From contig CAYHYA010000001.1 of NCBI GenBank assembly GCA_964360815.1, forward strand, positions 5,574-69,573: a stretch of 64,000 nucleotides of DNA. Direction: 5' to 3'. Both the position numbers and the translations under genes were made by a program. Below are positions 1-10,322 of this stretch, piece by piece. The DNA is from an uncultured Candidatus Saccharibacteria bacterium (lineage in GTDB: Bacteria; Patescibacteriota; Minisyncoccia; Phycocordibacterales; JACOZG01). A model generated the notes under the pieces. It was not told the origin of the DNA and searched no databases. It saw nothing but the letters and a program-made list of their open reading frames with translations. Numbering within the stretch: the stretch's first letter is position 1; each line of letters starts with the position of its first letter.

Positions 1-138
1 TTTTTTGCTATTACACAGATAGATCAACCGAATAAATCTTTTATAATCTTTATCACTAAGAAAAATCTTTCTCTTTTCGACTCCACGATTATAAACATGA
101 TAATACTCCCCGGGAGCAAAACTAAACTTTCTCTCCAT
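1..138 (-). mobile_element. REP-associated tyrosine (Y1/HUH) transposase, RAYT-like, N-terminal part (runs off the window)
   Basis: Hand translation from ATG 138: MERKFSFAPGEYYHVYNRGVEKRKIFLSDKDYKRFIRLIYLCNSKK. The YHVYNRG..K..IF....DY..F pattern is typical of Y1_Tnp/RAYT N-termini, and palindromes lie immediately upstream. Confidence 0.85.
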
Positions 139-158
139 ACCACCAATTATACACCAAG

Positions 159-243
159 ATCCACCAAGGGCTTTCCTTGGGAAATTGTGGGTGTGGTATA
201 ATTTTAATTTTCCATGCAAAAATCCCCCGCCGTGAAGCGAGGG
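159..243. repeat. 85-bp direct repeat, copy 1 (REP-like hairpin CCAAGG-gcttt-CCTTGG plus terminator-like hairpin)
   Basis: 79/85 identical to 949-1033 by manual alignment. Confidence 0.9.
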
Positions 244-351
244 ATTTTTGTTAGTCCCGACGCTTTGGTCGGGATCCCTATTTTACATCGGGACTACCCG
301 ATCAGGTCAACCCTGACGTCGGCACAAGAAGCTAGGGGTTAATACTGGTAC

Positions 352-675
352 CTAAAATTTATATAATTTATTCCAAATTGAAACTATCTGGTCCTTATCA
401 CTTAAACTAAAAACACCAAGCTGTTTATGGATATCGCTTTTATTCAAACATGTAATCTTTGCTAATCTTACCCATGAGTCAAGCAATAATCCTGATTGTT
501 GCCAGTTTTTAATTTTATAGTCTCCTTTATTTTTTCGTTCAGTGGTTGTTATCGGTGCTAAGATAATGTCATCATCCCCGGTATCTAAAATAACAAGGGC
601 GGGGCGTTGTTTTTTCTTTCCGTCCATCTGATTAAAAACAACTAGGACAACTTCGCCAAATTTATATTTGGTCAT
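352..675 (-). CDS. PemK/MazF-family toxin (endoribonuclease)
   Basis: FGEVVLVVF...KKKQRPALVI...DIILAPITT PemK signature; 107 aa. Confidence 0.85.
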   Translation of the reverse strand: MTKYKFGEVVLVVFNQMDGKKKQRPALVILDTGDDDIILAPITTTERKNKGDYKIKNWQQSGLLLDSWVRLAKITCLNKSDIHKQLGVFSLSDKDQIVSIWNKLYKF

Positions 676-853
676 AAATCGCGTCGGATTTATTATAAGA
701 TTTCAGAAATTTATCTTTAGAAGCCCTCCGCCACAGATTTTCATGTTCTTCGTTAATAACGGCATAGTTTAAAAGATTTTGGTATTCCAAGCGAGGAATA
801 ATCATTAAATCTTTTTCCATGATTAAATTTTTCGGAATTGTTATTGTCGTCAT
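662..853 (-). CDS. Putative antitoxin of the PemK/MazF toxin
   Basis: 63-aa ORF directly upstream of and overlapping the toxin; acidic C-terminus ending DAIYDQI. Confidence 0.6.
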   Translation of the reverse strand: MTTITIPKNLIMEKDLMIIPRLEYQNLLNYAVINEEHENLWRRASKDKFLKSYNKSDAIYDQI

Positions 854-912
854 CTTTCCATCCTACCACCGGACTATTGAATTTTCAAGCAATTTTAGTT
901 GTACCACTTGGA

Positions 913-935
913 ACTTGGAAGTCGGACTTCCAAGT
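913..935. repeat. REP-like palindrome ACTTGGAAGT-cgg-ACTTCCAAGT
   Basis: Perfect 10-bp arms; related copies at 42341-42363 and 46284-46312. Confidence 0.75.
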
Positions 936-948
936 GGGAATACATCAT

Positions 949-1033
949 ATCCACCGAGGGCTTTCCTTGGGAAATTGTGGATGTGGTGTAATTTTAATTT
1001 TCCACGCAAAAACCCCTCGCCGTGAAGCGAGGG
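949..1033. repeat. 85-bp direct repeat, copy 2; includes the likely terminator of the O-antigen ligase-like gene
   Basis: 79/85 identical to 159-243; GC hairpin flanked by A/T runs at 1008-1040. Confidence 0.9.
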
Positions 1034-1055
1034 GGTTTTTCTAACTATCCGAATT

Positions 1056-3011
1056 TCAAATCTGACGAAAAAAGAATAATTCTACCTCTGGGAAAGTTTT
1101 GATGGAATTTTCGACATAATCGACAATTTCCTGACTCTGCTTTATTTTTGGGTTGAGCGTCAACCCTTTTTTAGCATACTCTCTTGCCTCTTTAAATTTA
1201 CCCATATAAATATAGGCCACGGCCTTTATCCAATATGATTGGGGATTTTGTGGTACTAATTCGATGGCTTCATCTAAAATTTTTTGGGCTTCATCTAATT
1301 TATTTACTTGGAATAAATTTTGGAAAATTAAAATATCCGCCAGGTTTAATTTGGCTCGAAAATGATCTGGATTATTCTTGATATAATTCTTGTATTCAGT
1401 TTCTATAACTACTAGCTCCTTTTTAAGATTCAGCGCAGTTGATGGACTAGAAAGCACTTCGGGATCAACGGTGATTGCGCGCTGGAAATCAGTTGATATT
1501 CTCCATAAAAAGGCGTGTGGATCAACCGGAGAAGAAATTAGTCTCGGATAAAGCGGGATACGTTCTTCGGCAGATTTTACCGCTCGCATTTGCCCATTAA
1601 CTATTTCGGCTTGCAGTAGGGGCGACAACCCCCAGACCGTTGACCAAATTACAAAAAACAACAAGAACACGGATAGGGGGTATGTGATTGCCGGCCTACC
1701 GGTCTCCCAGTTTACAGTTTTTCTAACTCTTTGAAACAGTATCACCGCCGAAACCATCATAAAAGCTAAGATTGGATAGGAAATCGAGGTTTCGAAAGCG
1801 GTTTGTAATTCTATAAAATGAAGTGGAAAATAAACTAACAAAATAGCCGACAATATTCGATCATTTTTTTCTGGGGAATTTAGGGCCGAGTAAACAAGAG
1901 AAAAAATAATAACAAGATAAACCAAAATATAAAGACCTAGGCCAACCGCTCCACCATCAACCAAATGATCGATGACCACATTATGTGCTCGATCAAGCCA
2001 CGCCTCATTTCCATATTCGTCTTGCAATACCCGATTATCGTAATGCGCCTCAAAGACTCGTTCAAAATTATCCATACCCCAACCAAAAACAGGTCTTTCT
2101 AGAAAAATTTTATTTGAAACTTCCCAAGTTATCGGTCTTACAGCCGTTGCCTGCTTAAGATATATTCTTTGTAGAAAACCATTTGGGGTTACGAGTGAGT
2201 AAGACGCCCAGGATATTAATAAAACACCGAAGCTCAAAATTGAGTAAGTAAAGATTTTTTTGTTTCGTTGATTTCTTATTTTAGAAATTAACCAAATTAA
2301 AATTAACGCGAACAAAGACAGAAAGATCACATAAGCCGACGCCCTAGCCTCTCCGACAAAAACCCCAGAAAAATCGCCAGACCAAACCTGACGGTTTAAT
2401 ATGTTGGGATTTATAATAAATGAGATTGGCAAAGCATACATCCACCACTTTTTGTGTTCAGATTGAAATAAGTAATATATAGATAACAAAAAAACGCCAA
2501 AAAGATACATCCCGGCAAAAGTGGAGTTACTCAAGGTAAAAGCATTGCCGGGATAATCTTTAAAAATTACACCCAGCCCGCCAGGGCCAAATAAAGAAAG
2601 AAGGGAATAAAATGAGGTTGAAAGTATAATTATTAGTAATATTTTTCTATATTTTTCTCGATCGGAAAATACTAACCACAAAATCCAAGCAAACAAACCA
2701 AGGTTGAGAAAATACCATAACCCCGTTGTTCTTGTCGCCAAAGACCAGAAAGAGTTGTCGAAATTAAAACCGACAAAAGCAGAAATAATGAGGGAAATAA
2801 AATAAAGAAGTAACAGGAGAAGAATTGGAGATTTTGGAATAACTAAAGTCTGTTTTTTTTTGAAAAGTTTGACAGCAAACCAGATAAGCAAAAGTGAAGT
2901 TGTAGCGATTAAAAAAATCGATCGCGTTGACGAACCACCATAAAGAAAAGATTGTATATTAATAAAAGGGAATAAGACAAAAAACAAATATATTAGATAT
3001 TCTGCAAACAT
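1056..3011 (-). CDS. O-antigen ligase (Wzy_C/WaaL)-family membrane protein with C-terminal TPRs
   Basis: Multiple TM helices, R..TW......ERPVFGWG..NF and DRAHN motifs, TPR-like C-terminus; AT-rich. Confidence 0.8.
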   Translation of the reverse strand: MFAEYLIYLFFVLFPFINIQSFLYGGSSTRSIFLIATTSLLLIWFAVKLFKKKQTLVIPKSPILLLLLLYFISLIISAFVGFNFDNSFWSLATRTTGLWYFLNLGLFAWILWLVFSDREKYRKILLIIILSTSFYSLLSLFGPGGLGVIFKDYPGNAFTLSNSTFAGMYLFGVFLLSIYYLFQSEHKKWWMYALPISFIINPNILNRQVWSGDFSGVFVGEARASAYVIFLSLFALILIWLISKIRNQRNKKIFTYSILSFGVLLISWASYSLVTPNGFLQRIYLKQATAVRPITWEVSNKIFLERPVFGWGMDNFERVFEAHYDNRVLQDEYGNEAWLDRAHNVVIDHLVDGGAVGLGLYILVYLVIIFSLVYSALNSPEKNDRILSAILLVYFPLHFIELQTAFETSISYPILAFMMVSAVILFQRVRKTVNWETGRPAITYPLSVFLLFFVIWSTVWGLSPLLQAEIVNGQMRAVKSAEERIPLYPRLISSPVDPHAFLWRISTDFQRAITVDPEVLSSPSTALNLKKELVVIETEYKNYIKNNPDHFRAKLNLADILIFQNLFQVNKLDEAQKILDEAIELVPQNPQSYWIKAVAYIYMGKFKEAREYAKKGLTLNPKIKQSQEIVDYVENSIKTFPEVELFFFRQI

Positions 3012-3028
3012 AATCTCAATGATAACAC

Positions 3029-3056
3029 AAAAACTCCCCCATGAAGGGGGAGTTTT
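3029..3056. terminator. Intrinsic terminator (bidirectional)
   Basis: AAAACTCCCCC-atgaa-GGGGGAGTTTT. Confidence 0.8.
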
Positions 3057-3106
3057 TGCTAGCTAGTAACTAAAGCTATTCTACTAGACTTCTATCTAAT
3101 CTAAGT

Positions 3107-5245
3107 TTAGTTCAAACCAATATATGGTGTGACAAACTCATCAAGGTTAGAAGAATAGACAATGTCGGTAGTGTCATCGGTGCTGGTATCATCCCAGTAG
3201 AAACCACCGAGCGACAAACGATACTGACCAGCGGCCCCAACAGTCGGCAAGATAGCCGTTGCCGTTAAGGTGAAGGTCTCGGTCTGACCGTCAATAATCT
3301 CGTAGAGACCAGCGGCATTAAGAGTCGTGTCGGAATTAACCAAGGTCATAGTAACGCCACCAGTGGTACCCGTACCAGCTCGATCGACAACACCTGAAGT
3401 CTTGGCCGCTGTTACACCGGAAGTCTTGGCGTCAACAAGCGACGACACATAGATATTGCCACCGAAAGCGGTAATGCTGTACTTAAGCGTGAAGGTACCT
3501 TGATCATTAGGATCAGTGGTACTACCTCCTTCAGCCCCAACAGGCATAGGGGCACTCACCAATTTAAGCTGAACTCCCTTACTGCGAAGCTGATTGGCAT
3601 CAGTAGAAACCGAACCGGTCATATCGGCATCAGCTAACTTCGTATTGGACTCATCGCGGATATCAGCCAAACCAGTGTTGTCGGTTTCGGTCTCACCTAG
3701 AACGACAGCGATAGTATCGCCCTCGGAAAGAAGATTGCCGGCAGTAGCGCTAACGGGATTAATGTCAGCCCGAATCACAACCGTAACCGTATCTCCGGCT
3801 GGGATAGTGAAGTCAACATCATCAAAGAGTACCAGCTCCGTCAGATTAGTGCTGTCATCAGTGCTAGCCAAGGTGTAAGAAGTCGTAGTATCTCCACCAT
3901 AAGTAGCAGAACCGTAGGACTGACCGTCAATGATCAATTCAATGGCCGGAGACATATCACCAGCAATCACATCATCAACATCAACAGCATCACCAGTAAT
4001 AGTAACCATGACACCTAACTTCTTGATCTCTAAGGCGGAATCGCCTTCCGCTTCAAGCGTAAAGGAAGCTAGTTCCACATCCTGTTTAGTATCAGTGGTG
4101 CTGATTTCAGCAATATGGAACTTGTTAATGGCATCATCGTCTTCGGTAATCTTAAACTCTGAATCAGCAGCAGACGCGAAACTCTTGAAGTTAAAGGTAC
4201 GAGTACCAGTGCCTGGATCCTCGGAAGTGGAATCACCCCGTCCATCAACATAGCGAACGCTAGTGATATCAGCTGTCCATGAATCGGGATCATCATCGCT
4301 GGAATCCAAGTTGCTGACTGCCGACACGGCAATCGTTAATTCGGCCGTTTCGCCAGCCTTAATGATTGCTCCATCGTCCAAAGCAATCGTCTTGGTCCAG
4401 TTGTTCTCATCAGTAAACCCAGTACTATCAACGCGACCAACTTCTTCGCCATCGAGCCAAACAGATACTTCAGTCGCATAATCCTCGAAGTCAGAGGTGG
4501 TATTTGTGCTCTCATTGAAGACAACGCGAACGGCCGTGAGTTCGAGATCAGAATTATTATCTGCCTCAACCTCAAGACCAATCACCGGAACATCATCTTC
4601 ATCCTCACCAACAGGCTCGTTAGTGAGATCAGACATTAGGGTGTAATTCTCAACAACTCCTGTGCTACCGGTCAAGCCGGTGTCTGGGGTTGTACCGCCA
4701 CCTGTGGACGGCATACAGTTGTTCGAGAGCAAATTGCCGTTCGGACAAGTGGTGCCAGTCTGCGCCGGCATACAGTTGTTCGAGAGCAAATTGCCGTTCG
4801 GACAAGTGTTGCTAGACGAACCAGGACCCGGATTTACCGGCGGATAAGTACCACCAGTCGTCGCCATGATGGCGTTGTAGGTGATATTACCGTAATAACC
4901 GACAGCCGGAGCAACTCCGTGGTCGCCCTGCCATTTGGCCAAAGCGGCCTTGGTCTGCGGACCGAATGTACCGGTCGCGCCAGCCGGAATGGCATAGCCC
5001 TGCGACATTAACCATTGTTGGAGTTTGGTTACCTCCATACCGCTATTACCAACTGTCAAAGGCGGCATCGGCACAATGTCTGCGGACATTGAACCACCAC
5101 CCTGCAAAGCACCGATTTGGGCAGTCAGTTGGGCAATTTGGGCCATTAATTGATCAACGGTCATCGTCTGGGCGCTAACCGCACCAGAGACACCGAAGAT
5201 CAAGGCCAACGCGGCCAAACCGAAAATAAATTTCTTAATACTCAT
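3107..5245 (-). CDS. Secreted cell-surface protein with peptidoglycan-binding domain (S-layer-like)
   Basis: Signal peptide, Q-rich coil, PG-binding motif (LTVGNSGMEVTKLQQWL...GTFGPQTKAALAKWQ), acidic Thr-rich beta-rich body. Confidence 0.75.
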   Translation of the reverse strand: MSIKKFIFGLAALALIFGVSGAVSAQTMTVDQLMAQIAQLTAQIGALQGGGSMSADIVPMPPLTVGNSGMEVTKLQQWLMSQGYAIPAGATGTFGPQTKAALAKWQGDHGVAPAVGYYGNITYNAIMATTGGTYPPVNPGPGSSSNTCPNGNLLSNNCMPAQTGTTCPNGNLLSNNCMPSTGGGTTPDTGLTGSTGVVENYTLMSDLTNEPVGEDEDDVPVIGLEVEADNNSDLELTAVRVVFNESTNTTSDFEDYATEVSVWLDGEEVGRVDSTGFTDENNWTKTIALDDGAIIKAGETAELTIAVSAVSNLDSSDDDPDSWTADITSVRYVDGRGDSTSEDPGTGTRTFNFKSFASAADSEFKITEDDDAINKFHIAEISTTDTKQDVELASFTLEAEGDSALEIKKLGVMVTITGDAVDVDDVIAGDMSPAIELIIDGQSYGSATYGGDTTTSYTLASTDDSTNLTELVLFDDVDFTIPAGDTVTVVIRADINPVSATAGNLLSEGDTIAVVLGETETDNTGLADIRDESNTKLADADMTGSVSTDANQLRSKGVQLKLVSAPMPVGAEGGSTTDPNDQGTFTLKYSITAFGGNIYVSSLVDAKTSGVTAAKTSGVVDRAGTGTTGGVTMTLVNSDTTLNAAGLYEIIDGQTETFTLTATAILPTVGAAGQYRLSLGGFYWDDTSTDDTTDIVYSSNLDEFVTPYIGLN
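4709..4808. repeat. 43-bp exact direct repeat (period 57 bp) encoding TCPNGNLLSNNCMP twice
   Basis: 4709-4751 is identical to 4766-4808. Confidence 0.9.
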
Positions 5246-5490
5246 AATTTTTACTTAATCTAATAATTTTACGCCGTATCGAACCGAAACGGCTATTGCT
5301 ACTAATTTTCTAAAACCTCTTGCGTCTCACGTAATTTTAAGATGCGAAACCAAGAGGACTTTAGCAAGATAAATAGGAGTAACAGGAATATTTGGTTGTC
5401 AAAGACCGCCAACGCGAAACAGTATACTACAACCTGGCAAGCGCTCGGCAAAACCCTTGTGGATAAATAGCCGATCGGCCAAGTTAGAGC

Positions 5491-5519
5491 AGTATAGCGG
5501 AAGCGACTAGAGGCGTCAA
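5491..5519 (-). promoter_or_regulatory. Sigma70-type promoter for the surface protein gene
   Basis: TTGACG-N17-TATACT on the minus strand; a perfect DnaA box TTATCCACA lies at 5458-5466. Confidence 0.65.
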
Positions 5520-5540
5520 TCCGTCAAACGCTCGGGGCGA

Positions 5541-6197
5541 CTAGACTTTACTATAGCGGCTCCAGCGCCGTTCGCCGGTTTTCTTAACCAAGCCAGCAGT
5601 GGTGAGATCAGTTAGTTCCCGTTGAACGGTTTTACCGCTAAATTCGGGTAAACTTTTAGCCACTTCTTTAATGGAGAGCCAGGCGCCCGGCCGAAGCGAT
5701 TGTAGGATGGCCGCCCGGCGATCGGCTTTGGTTTTCTTGTTTCCAGCCGTCGGTCCTAGCCGACGGGCTTTAGGGCCAGTTTTTAGCCGGCGCGCGGGCA
5801 AAACTTTAGCGGTTGGGGTCGGTAAGGTTGTCGCCGACTCAAATAGAGCCGAAAGATTGTTCGGTTCATGATTAAGCCAGTTTTGAAGCACCAGATATTC
5901 TTGACGCAACAGAGCAAAATTCATGGCTGAGGCCTGACGATCAAAAGTGGTAACATCAATCAAGGACAGCAATTTGGTGATATCGGACAAAGATTGGCCC
6001 GAGTTAGTGGCGAGCAATGCGAGCAAAACATCTAACGCCTTTTCTCTTAACCGCCACTTGATCTGGTCGTTGTCTGATAGGAAATTGGTGACTAAATATA
6101 AAGCCGAGGCGAGTTTTTCGGCTTTAAGGACAATTGGAGTTTTGTCTTTTATGTCCTTTTCTGGCATCTTGTCCTTTATTGAGCGTTCACCGGTCAT
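5541..6197 (-). CDS. Hypothetical protein with C-terminal DeoR-like winged HTH
   Basis: KAEKLASALYLVT N-terminus; C-terminal SIKEVAK..P.FSGKTVQRELTDL...G..KKTGERRWSRY. Confidence 0.7.
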   Translation of the reverse strand: MTGERSIKDKMPEKDIKDKTPIVLKAEKLASALYLVTNFLSDNDQIKWRLREKALDVLLALLATNSGQSLSDITKLLSLIDVTTFDRQASAMNFALLRQEYLVLQNWLNHEPNNLSALFESATTLPTPTAKVLPARRLKTGPKARRLGPTAGNKKTKADRRAAILQSLRPGAWLSIKEVAKSLPEFSGKTVQRELTDLTTAGLVKKTGERRWSRYSKV

Positions 6198-6277
6198 TTG
6201 TCTTTTATTATATCTAGGACAAGAGAAATGTCCATTAAATTAGGGCGGGGTGAGTCGGTTTGCTATAATCGTCAGTA

Positions 6278-8368
6278 ATGAAGCGATCGAAAACCCTGGA
6301 GCAGGTTGGCGAGGGGACGAAACATGGCGTCTTAGCGATTGCCGCTTTCGTCTTGGGGATCTTTTTCGTGTTGGCCAGTTTTGACCGCGCCGGCCGGGCC
6401 GGCGCTGGTTTACACCAATTTTTACGTCTGGTTTTTGGTTGGGGGTTTTTCCTATTTCCGGCCGTGCTGTTTTTCATCGGTTTGGCTTTACTGAAAGCCC
6501 TGCGTCCGCAAACTTTGAAACTGAAGCTTTGGGGTGGCGCGGTGTTTTTTATCGGCGGTCTCGGCCTGCTCGACCTCCTCTTTAACGCCGGTGGTTTGGT
6601 TGGTCAACTTCTGGCTAAACCGCTAATCGCTCTCTTTGATCGTTCGATCAGTGTGGTCTTTTTCGGTGCTTTAATTGTGACGGCGGTGTTAATTATTTTC
6701 GACACCCAGTTAACGCTCGAACGTTCGCTTTTTGGTTGGCGCCGCCGACCGAAAGTCGTTGCCGGTGAAGACGAAATGACCGTCAACGATCAGTTTGTCG
6801 GCGACAATAAATCGTTGCCGATCAAAGACTCCGGTTCAAGCGTCAGCAAGAGTCCAAACATCAAAGAAAACATCGAGTCGGAAACCGCCCCGCTCACGGC
6901 GGCGATTAAAAACAGCGGTCAAGGGAATCCATCGGAGTTTCGACCCCTGCCGCTTTCATTACTCGAGCGCGACGTGGGCAAACCGGTCTCGGGCGACATT
7001 AAAGCCAACGCCAACATTATTAAACGGACGCTGGCCAATTTCGGCATCATGGTGGAAATGGACGAAGTTTCGATCGGCCCCTCGATCACCCGCTACGCGC
7101 TCAAGCCGGCCGAGGGCGTGAAGCTCTCGCGAATCATTGCGCTCCAAAATGATTTGGCCTTGGCCCTCGCCGCGCACCCGATCCGCATCGAAGCGCCGAT
7201 CCCCGGCCTGTCGCTCGTTGGCATCGAGATCCCAAACCGCACCAAAGCGACGGTTGGTTTGGCCCCACTGCTCGGTTCCGCCGCCTTCTTGAATTCGCCA
7301 CTGTCGCTCTTGGTCTCGCTTGGCCGCGATATCTCCGGCGCGCCGCACTTCGCCAACCTTGCGCGCGCGCCACACATTTTAATTGCCGGTTCAACCGGCT
7401 CCGGCAAATCGGTGGTCATCCACACTTTCATCACTTCCCTGCTTTATCGCAATTCGCCGCAAGCATTGCGCCTGATTATGATTGATCCGAAACGCGTCGA
7501 GCTCACGCTGTACAACAAAATTCCTCATCTCTTAACGCCGGTGGTCACTGACGCGAAGAAGGCCATCGCCACGCTCAAGTGGGCCACGCAGGAAATGGAA
7601 CGGCGTTACGGCGTGCTCGAACAAGAAGCGGTGCGCGACATTCAGTCTTATCACAAAACCAAACCGGAAAACGTTTCTGAAATGCCTTACATCGTGATCA
7701 TTATTGACGAATTAGCCGACATTATGACCCGTTACCCACGCGAGCTCGAGGCGGTGATCGTCCGCTTGGCCCAAATGTCGCGCGCGGTCGGTATCCATCT
7801 CGTACTCTCGACGCAACGGCCATCGGTGGAAGTGATCACCGGTTTGATTAAAGCCAACATCTCCTCGCGCGTGGCTTTGCAAGTGGCCTCGCAGATTGAT
7901 TCGCGAACCATCTTGGACATGGCCGGCGCCGAAAAATTGCTCGGTTCGGGCGACATGCTTTATCTCTCCGGCGAACGCTCGAAGCCGTTGCGTTTGCAAT
8001 CGGCGTTTGTATCGGAGCCGGAGGTGAAGAAGGTGGTTGACTGGCTGGCGAGGAATTATAGCGACCGCCTGCCGGACGAATTACCGATCACCGAGCTTAA
8101 TCAAAAAAACGATTTAGGGTCGGGGTTGGATGAAGCGTTTGGCGACAATGGCGATGATGACGAACTTTATGAGGAAGCGCGCGAGATCGTCATCAGCGCC
8201 GGCAAGGCCTCGGCTTCTTATCTCCAGCGCCGCTTAAAAATTGGCTACGCCCGCGCGGCGCGACTACTCGATCTGCTCGAAGAGCATGGCGTGGTCGGTC
8301 CGGGCGAGGGCGCTAAACCACGGCAAGTTTTTGAAAGTTCGACCACGAACTCGGCCGAGACGGTGTGA
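6278..8368 (+). CDS. ftsK: DNA translocase FtsK
   Basis: N-terminal TMs, GSTGSGKS Walker A, IIDELAD, STQRPS, gamma domain ASASYLQRRLKIGYARAARL. Confidence 0.97.
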   Translation: MKRSKTLEQVGEGTKHGVLAIAAFVLGIFFVLASFDRAGRAGAGLHQFLRLVFGWGFFLFPAVLFFIGLALLKALRPQTLKLKLWGGAVFFIGGLGLLDLLFNAGGLVGQLLAKPLIALFDRSISVVFFGALIVTAVLIIFDTQLTLERSLFGWRRRPKVVAGEDEMTVNDQFVGDNKSLPIKDSGSSVSKSPNIKENIESETAPLTAAIKNSGQGNPSEFRPLPLSLLERDVGKPVSGDIKANANIIKRTLANFGIMVEMDEVSIGPSITRYALKPAEGVKLSRIIALQNDLALALAAHPIRIEAPIPGLSLVGIEIPNRTKATVGLAPLLGSAAFLNSPLSLLVSLGRDISGAPHFANLARAPHILIAGSTGSGKSVVIHTFITSLLYRNSPQALRLIMIDPKRVELTLYNKIPHLLTPVVTDAKKAIATLKWATQEMERRYGVLEQEAVRDIQSYHKTKPENVSEMPYIVIIIDELADIMTRYPRELEAVIVRLAQMSRAVGIHLVLSTQRPSVEVITGLIKANISSRVALQVASQIDSRTILDMAGAEKLLGSGDMLYLSGERSKPLRLQSAFVSEPEVKKVVDWLARNYSDRLPDELPITELNQKNDLGSGLDEAFGDNGDDDELYEEAREIVISAGKASASYLQRRLKIGYARAARLLDLLEEHGVVGPGEGAKPRQVFESSTTNSAETV

Positions 8369-8382
8369 TTACTTGACTGGTC

Positions 8383-8742
8383 ATGCGAACGATTTTTTTC
8401 CCCCGTTACTTGCTCCTCGTTATCTTTTTTATTTTGGTGGCCGGCTATACCGTCTACCAGTTGTCTGGGCTCTTCCGTCAACCGACTCTCGTGATTGAGC
8501 AACCGACCGATGGCCAAACCGTCACGGACGAACTGCTTGTGATTCGCGGACAAACCACCGGCTTGTCTGGCCTGACGGTCAATGACGAAAAATTGATTAT
8601 GGACGAGCGGGGTCAATTCGAGACTAAATTGCTCCTCGCCGCCGGTTATAATACAATCAGGGTCACGGGAACCGATCGGTTTGGCCGGATAATTACTAAG
8701 AAATTACAACTTGTTTATGCCCAAGAAAGAGAAGGAAGTTAA
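8383..8742 (+). CDS. Membrane-anchored Ig-like domain protein
   Basis: N-terminal TM; [14 protein letters not shown] Ig-like end. Confidence 0.6.
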   Translation: MRTIFFPRYLLLVIFFILVAGYTVYQLSGLFRQPTLVIEQPTDGQTVTDELLVIRGQTTGLSGLTVNDEKLIMDERGQFETKLLLAAGYNTIRVTGTDRFGRIITKKLQLVYAQEREGS

Positions 8743-9748
8743 GTCAAGTGGTGTTGGGATTGAAGAAACTATTCATTCGATCCAGAGCCGCTTCGGCGAA
8801 GGCGCGATTATGAAGCTCGGCGACCAGCCGAAAGTTGGGGTCGGAGCGATGCCGACCGGATCGCTCGGCCTCGACCTCGCGCTCGGGATCGGCGGCGTGC
8901 CTCGCGGCCGGATTATTGAAATTTACGGTCCGGAATCGTCGGGTAAAACCACGCTCGCCCTGCACGTTGTGGCCGAAGCCCAACGCGCCGGTGGCATCTG
9001 CGCCTTTATTGCCGCCGAACACGCGCTCGATCCCGATTATTCGCGCCGGATCGGGGTGAAGGTGGACGACCTTTTGATTTCCCAACCCGACTACGGTGAA
9101 CAAGCCCTCGAGATCGCCGAGAGTTTGATCCGCTCGGGCAAAATTGACGTGATCGTGATTGACTCGGTGGCCGCCCTAACGCCGAAAGACGAGATCGAGG
9201 GCGACGTGGGTGCTTACCATGTGGGCAAGCAGGCCCGTTTAATGTCGCAGGCCCTGCGGAAGATGACGGCGATTGTGGCTCGATCGAAAACTGTGGTTAT
9301 CTTTATTAACCAGATCCGGATGCAGATCGGCGTGATGTTTGGCAATCCGGAAACGACGCCGGGCGGTAAAGCCCTGAAATTTTACTCCTCGGTGCGGCTC
9401 GACATTCGTCGCATTGCCCAAATTAAAAAAGGTGAAGAGGTGGTGGGTGGTCGCGTGCGGGTTAAGGTGGTCAAGAATAAAGTGGCCGCACCGTTTAAGG
9501 TGGCCGAATTTGATATTCTCTACAATGAAGGGATCTCACCCGAGGGCGAAATTATCGCGCTCGGCGAAAAGCAGGGTCTGGTGACAAAAAGCGGCACCTC
9601 CTACAGTTATCAACCGAAAGACAAAGACGGCAAGCCGCAGGGCGAAGAGATCAAGCTCGGGCGCGGCTATGACGCGGCGCGCACGTTCCTTCGCGATAAT
9701 CCGAAAATAAAAAGCGAGCTAGAAAAAAAGATTCGACTTCATGCTTGA
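8711..9748 (+). CDS. recA: Recombinase RecA
   Basis: [47 protein letters not shown]. Confidence 0.98.
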   Translation: MFMPKKEKEVKSSGVGIEETIHSIQSRFGEGAIMKLGDQPKVGVGAMPTGSLGLDLALGIGGVPRGRIIEIYGPESSGKTTLALHVVAEAQRAGGICAFIAAEHALDPDYSRRIGVKVDDLLISQPDYGEQALEIAESLIRSGKIDVIVIDSVAALTPKDEIEGDVGAYHVGKQARLMSQALRKMTAIVARSKTVVIFINQIRMQIGVMFGNPETTPGGKALKFYSSVRLDIRRIAQIKKGEEVVGGRVRVKVVKNKVAAPFKVAEFDILYNEGISPEGEIIALGEKQGLVTKSGTSYSYQPKDKDGKPQGEEIKLGRGYDAARTFLRDNPKIKSELEKKIRLHA

Positions 9749-10322
9749 TTACAACGACATTAAACCGAAGAAGTTTATTATTCTCGATGGCGATCCTTAC
9801 GAGGTGCTCGAGTCGCACGTCTTTCGAAAACAACAACGCAAGCCGGTTAACGCTACCAAGCTAAAAAATCTAATCACCGGCGGCGTGCGCGAACATTCGT
9901 TCGCCGTAAGTGATAAGGTTGAAGAAGCCGGGCTCAACGAGCGCGAGGTCACTTATCTGTTCAGTAAAAAATGCCTGCCTGCCGGTGGGCAGGAATACTG
10001 GTTCTGCGAGGCGCAAGATAAAGCCAAGCGATTTAAACTGGAACCGGAAAAAGTCGCCGAGCAAATTAAATACCTTCGACCGAATGTTAATGTCCGACTA
10101 CTCACTTTCGGCGAGACCGTCCTTGGAATTAAAATTCCGATCAAGGTCGAGCTCAAGGTTAAAGAAGCGGCGCCGGCCGTGCGCGGCAACACCGTGCAGG
10201 GTGCCACCAAACAAGTGACGCTCGAAACCGGCTTCGTGGTCAACGTTCCAATGTTCGTTAACGAAGGCGACACGATTGTCCTCAACACCGAGACGGGAGA
10301 ATACGTGGAGCGAACGCAGTAA
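9741..10322 (+). CDS. efp: Elongation factor P
   Basis: RGNT...[31 protein letters not shown]. Confidence 0.93.
   Translation: MLDYNDIKPKKFIILDGDPYEVLESHVFRKQQRKPVNATKLKNLITGGVREHSFAVSDKVEEAGLNEREVTYLFSKKCLPAGGQEYWFCEAQDKAKRFKLEPEKVAEQIKYLRPNVNVRLLTFGETVLGIKIPIKVELKVKEAAPAVRGNTVQGATKQVTLETGFVVNVPMFVNEGDTIVLNTETGEYVERTQ

Noticed and set aside
3057-3106. CTA-rich low-complexity run after the surface protein gene
   Set aside because: Short and degenerate, with no clear periodic unit or function.
4709-4808. Mini CRISPR array
   Set aside because: Only two 43-bp copies with a 14-bp spacer, in frame within a CDS, and no cas genes.
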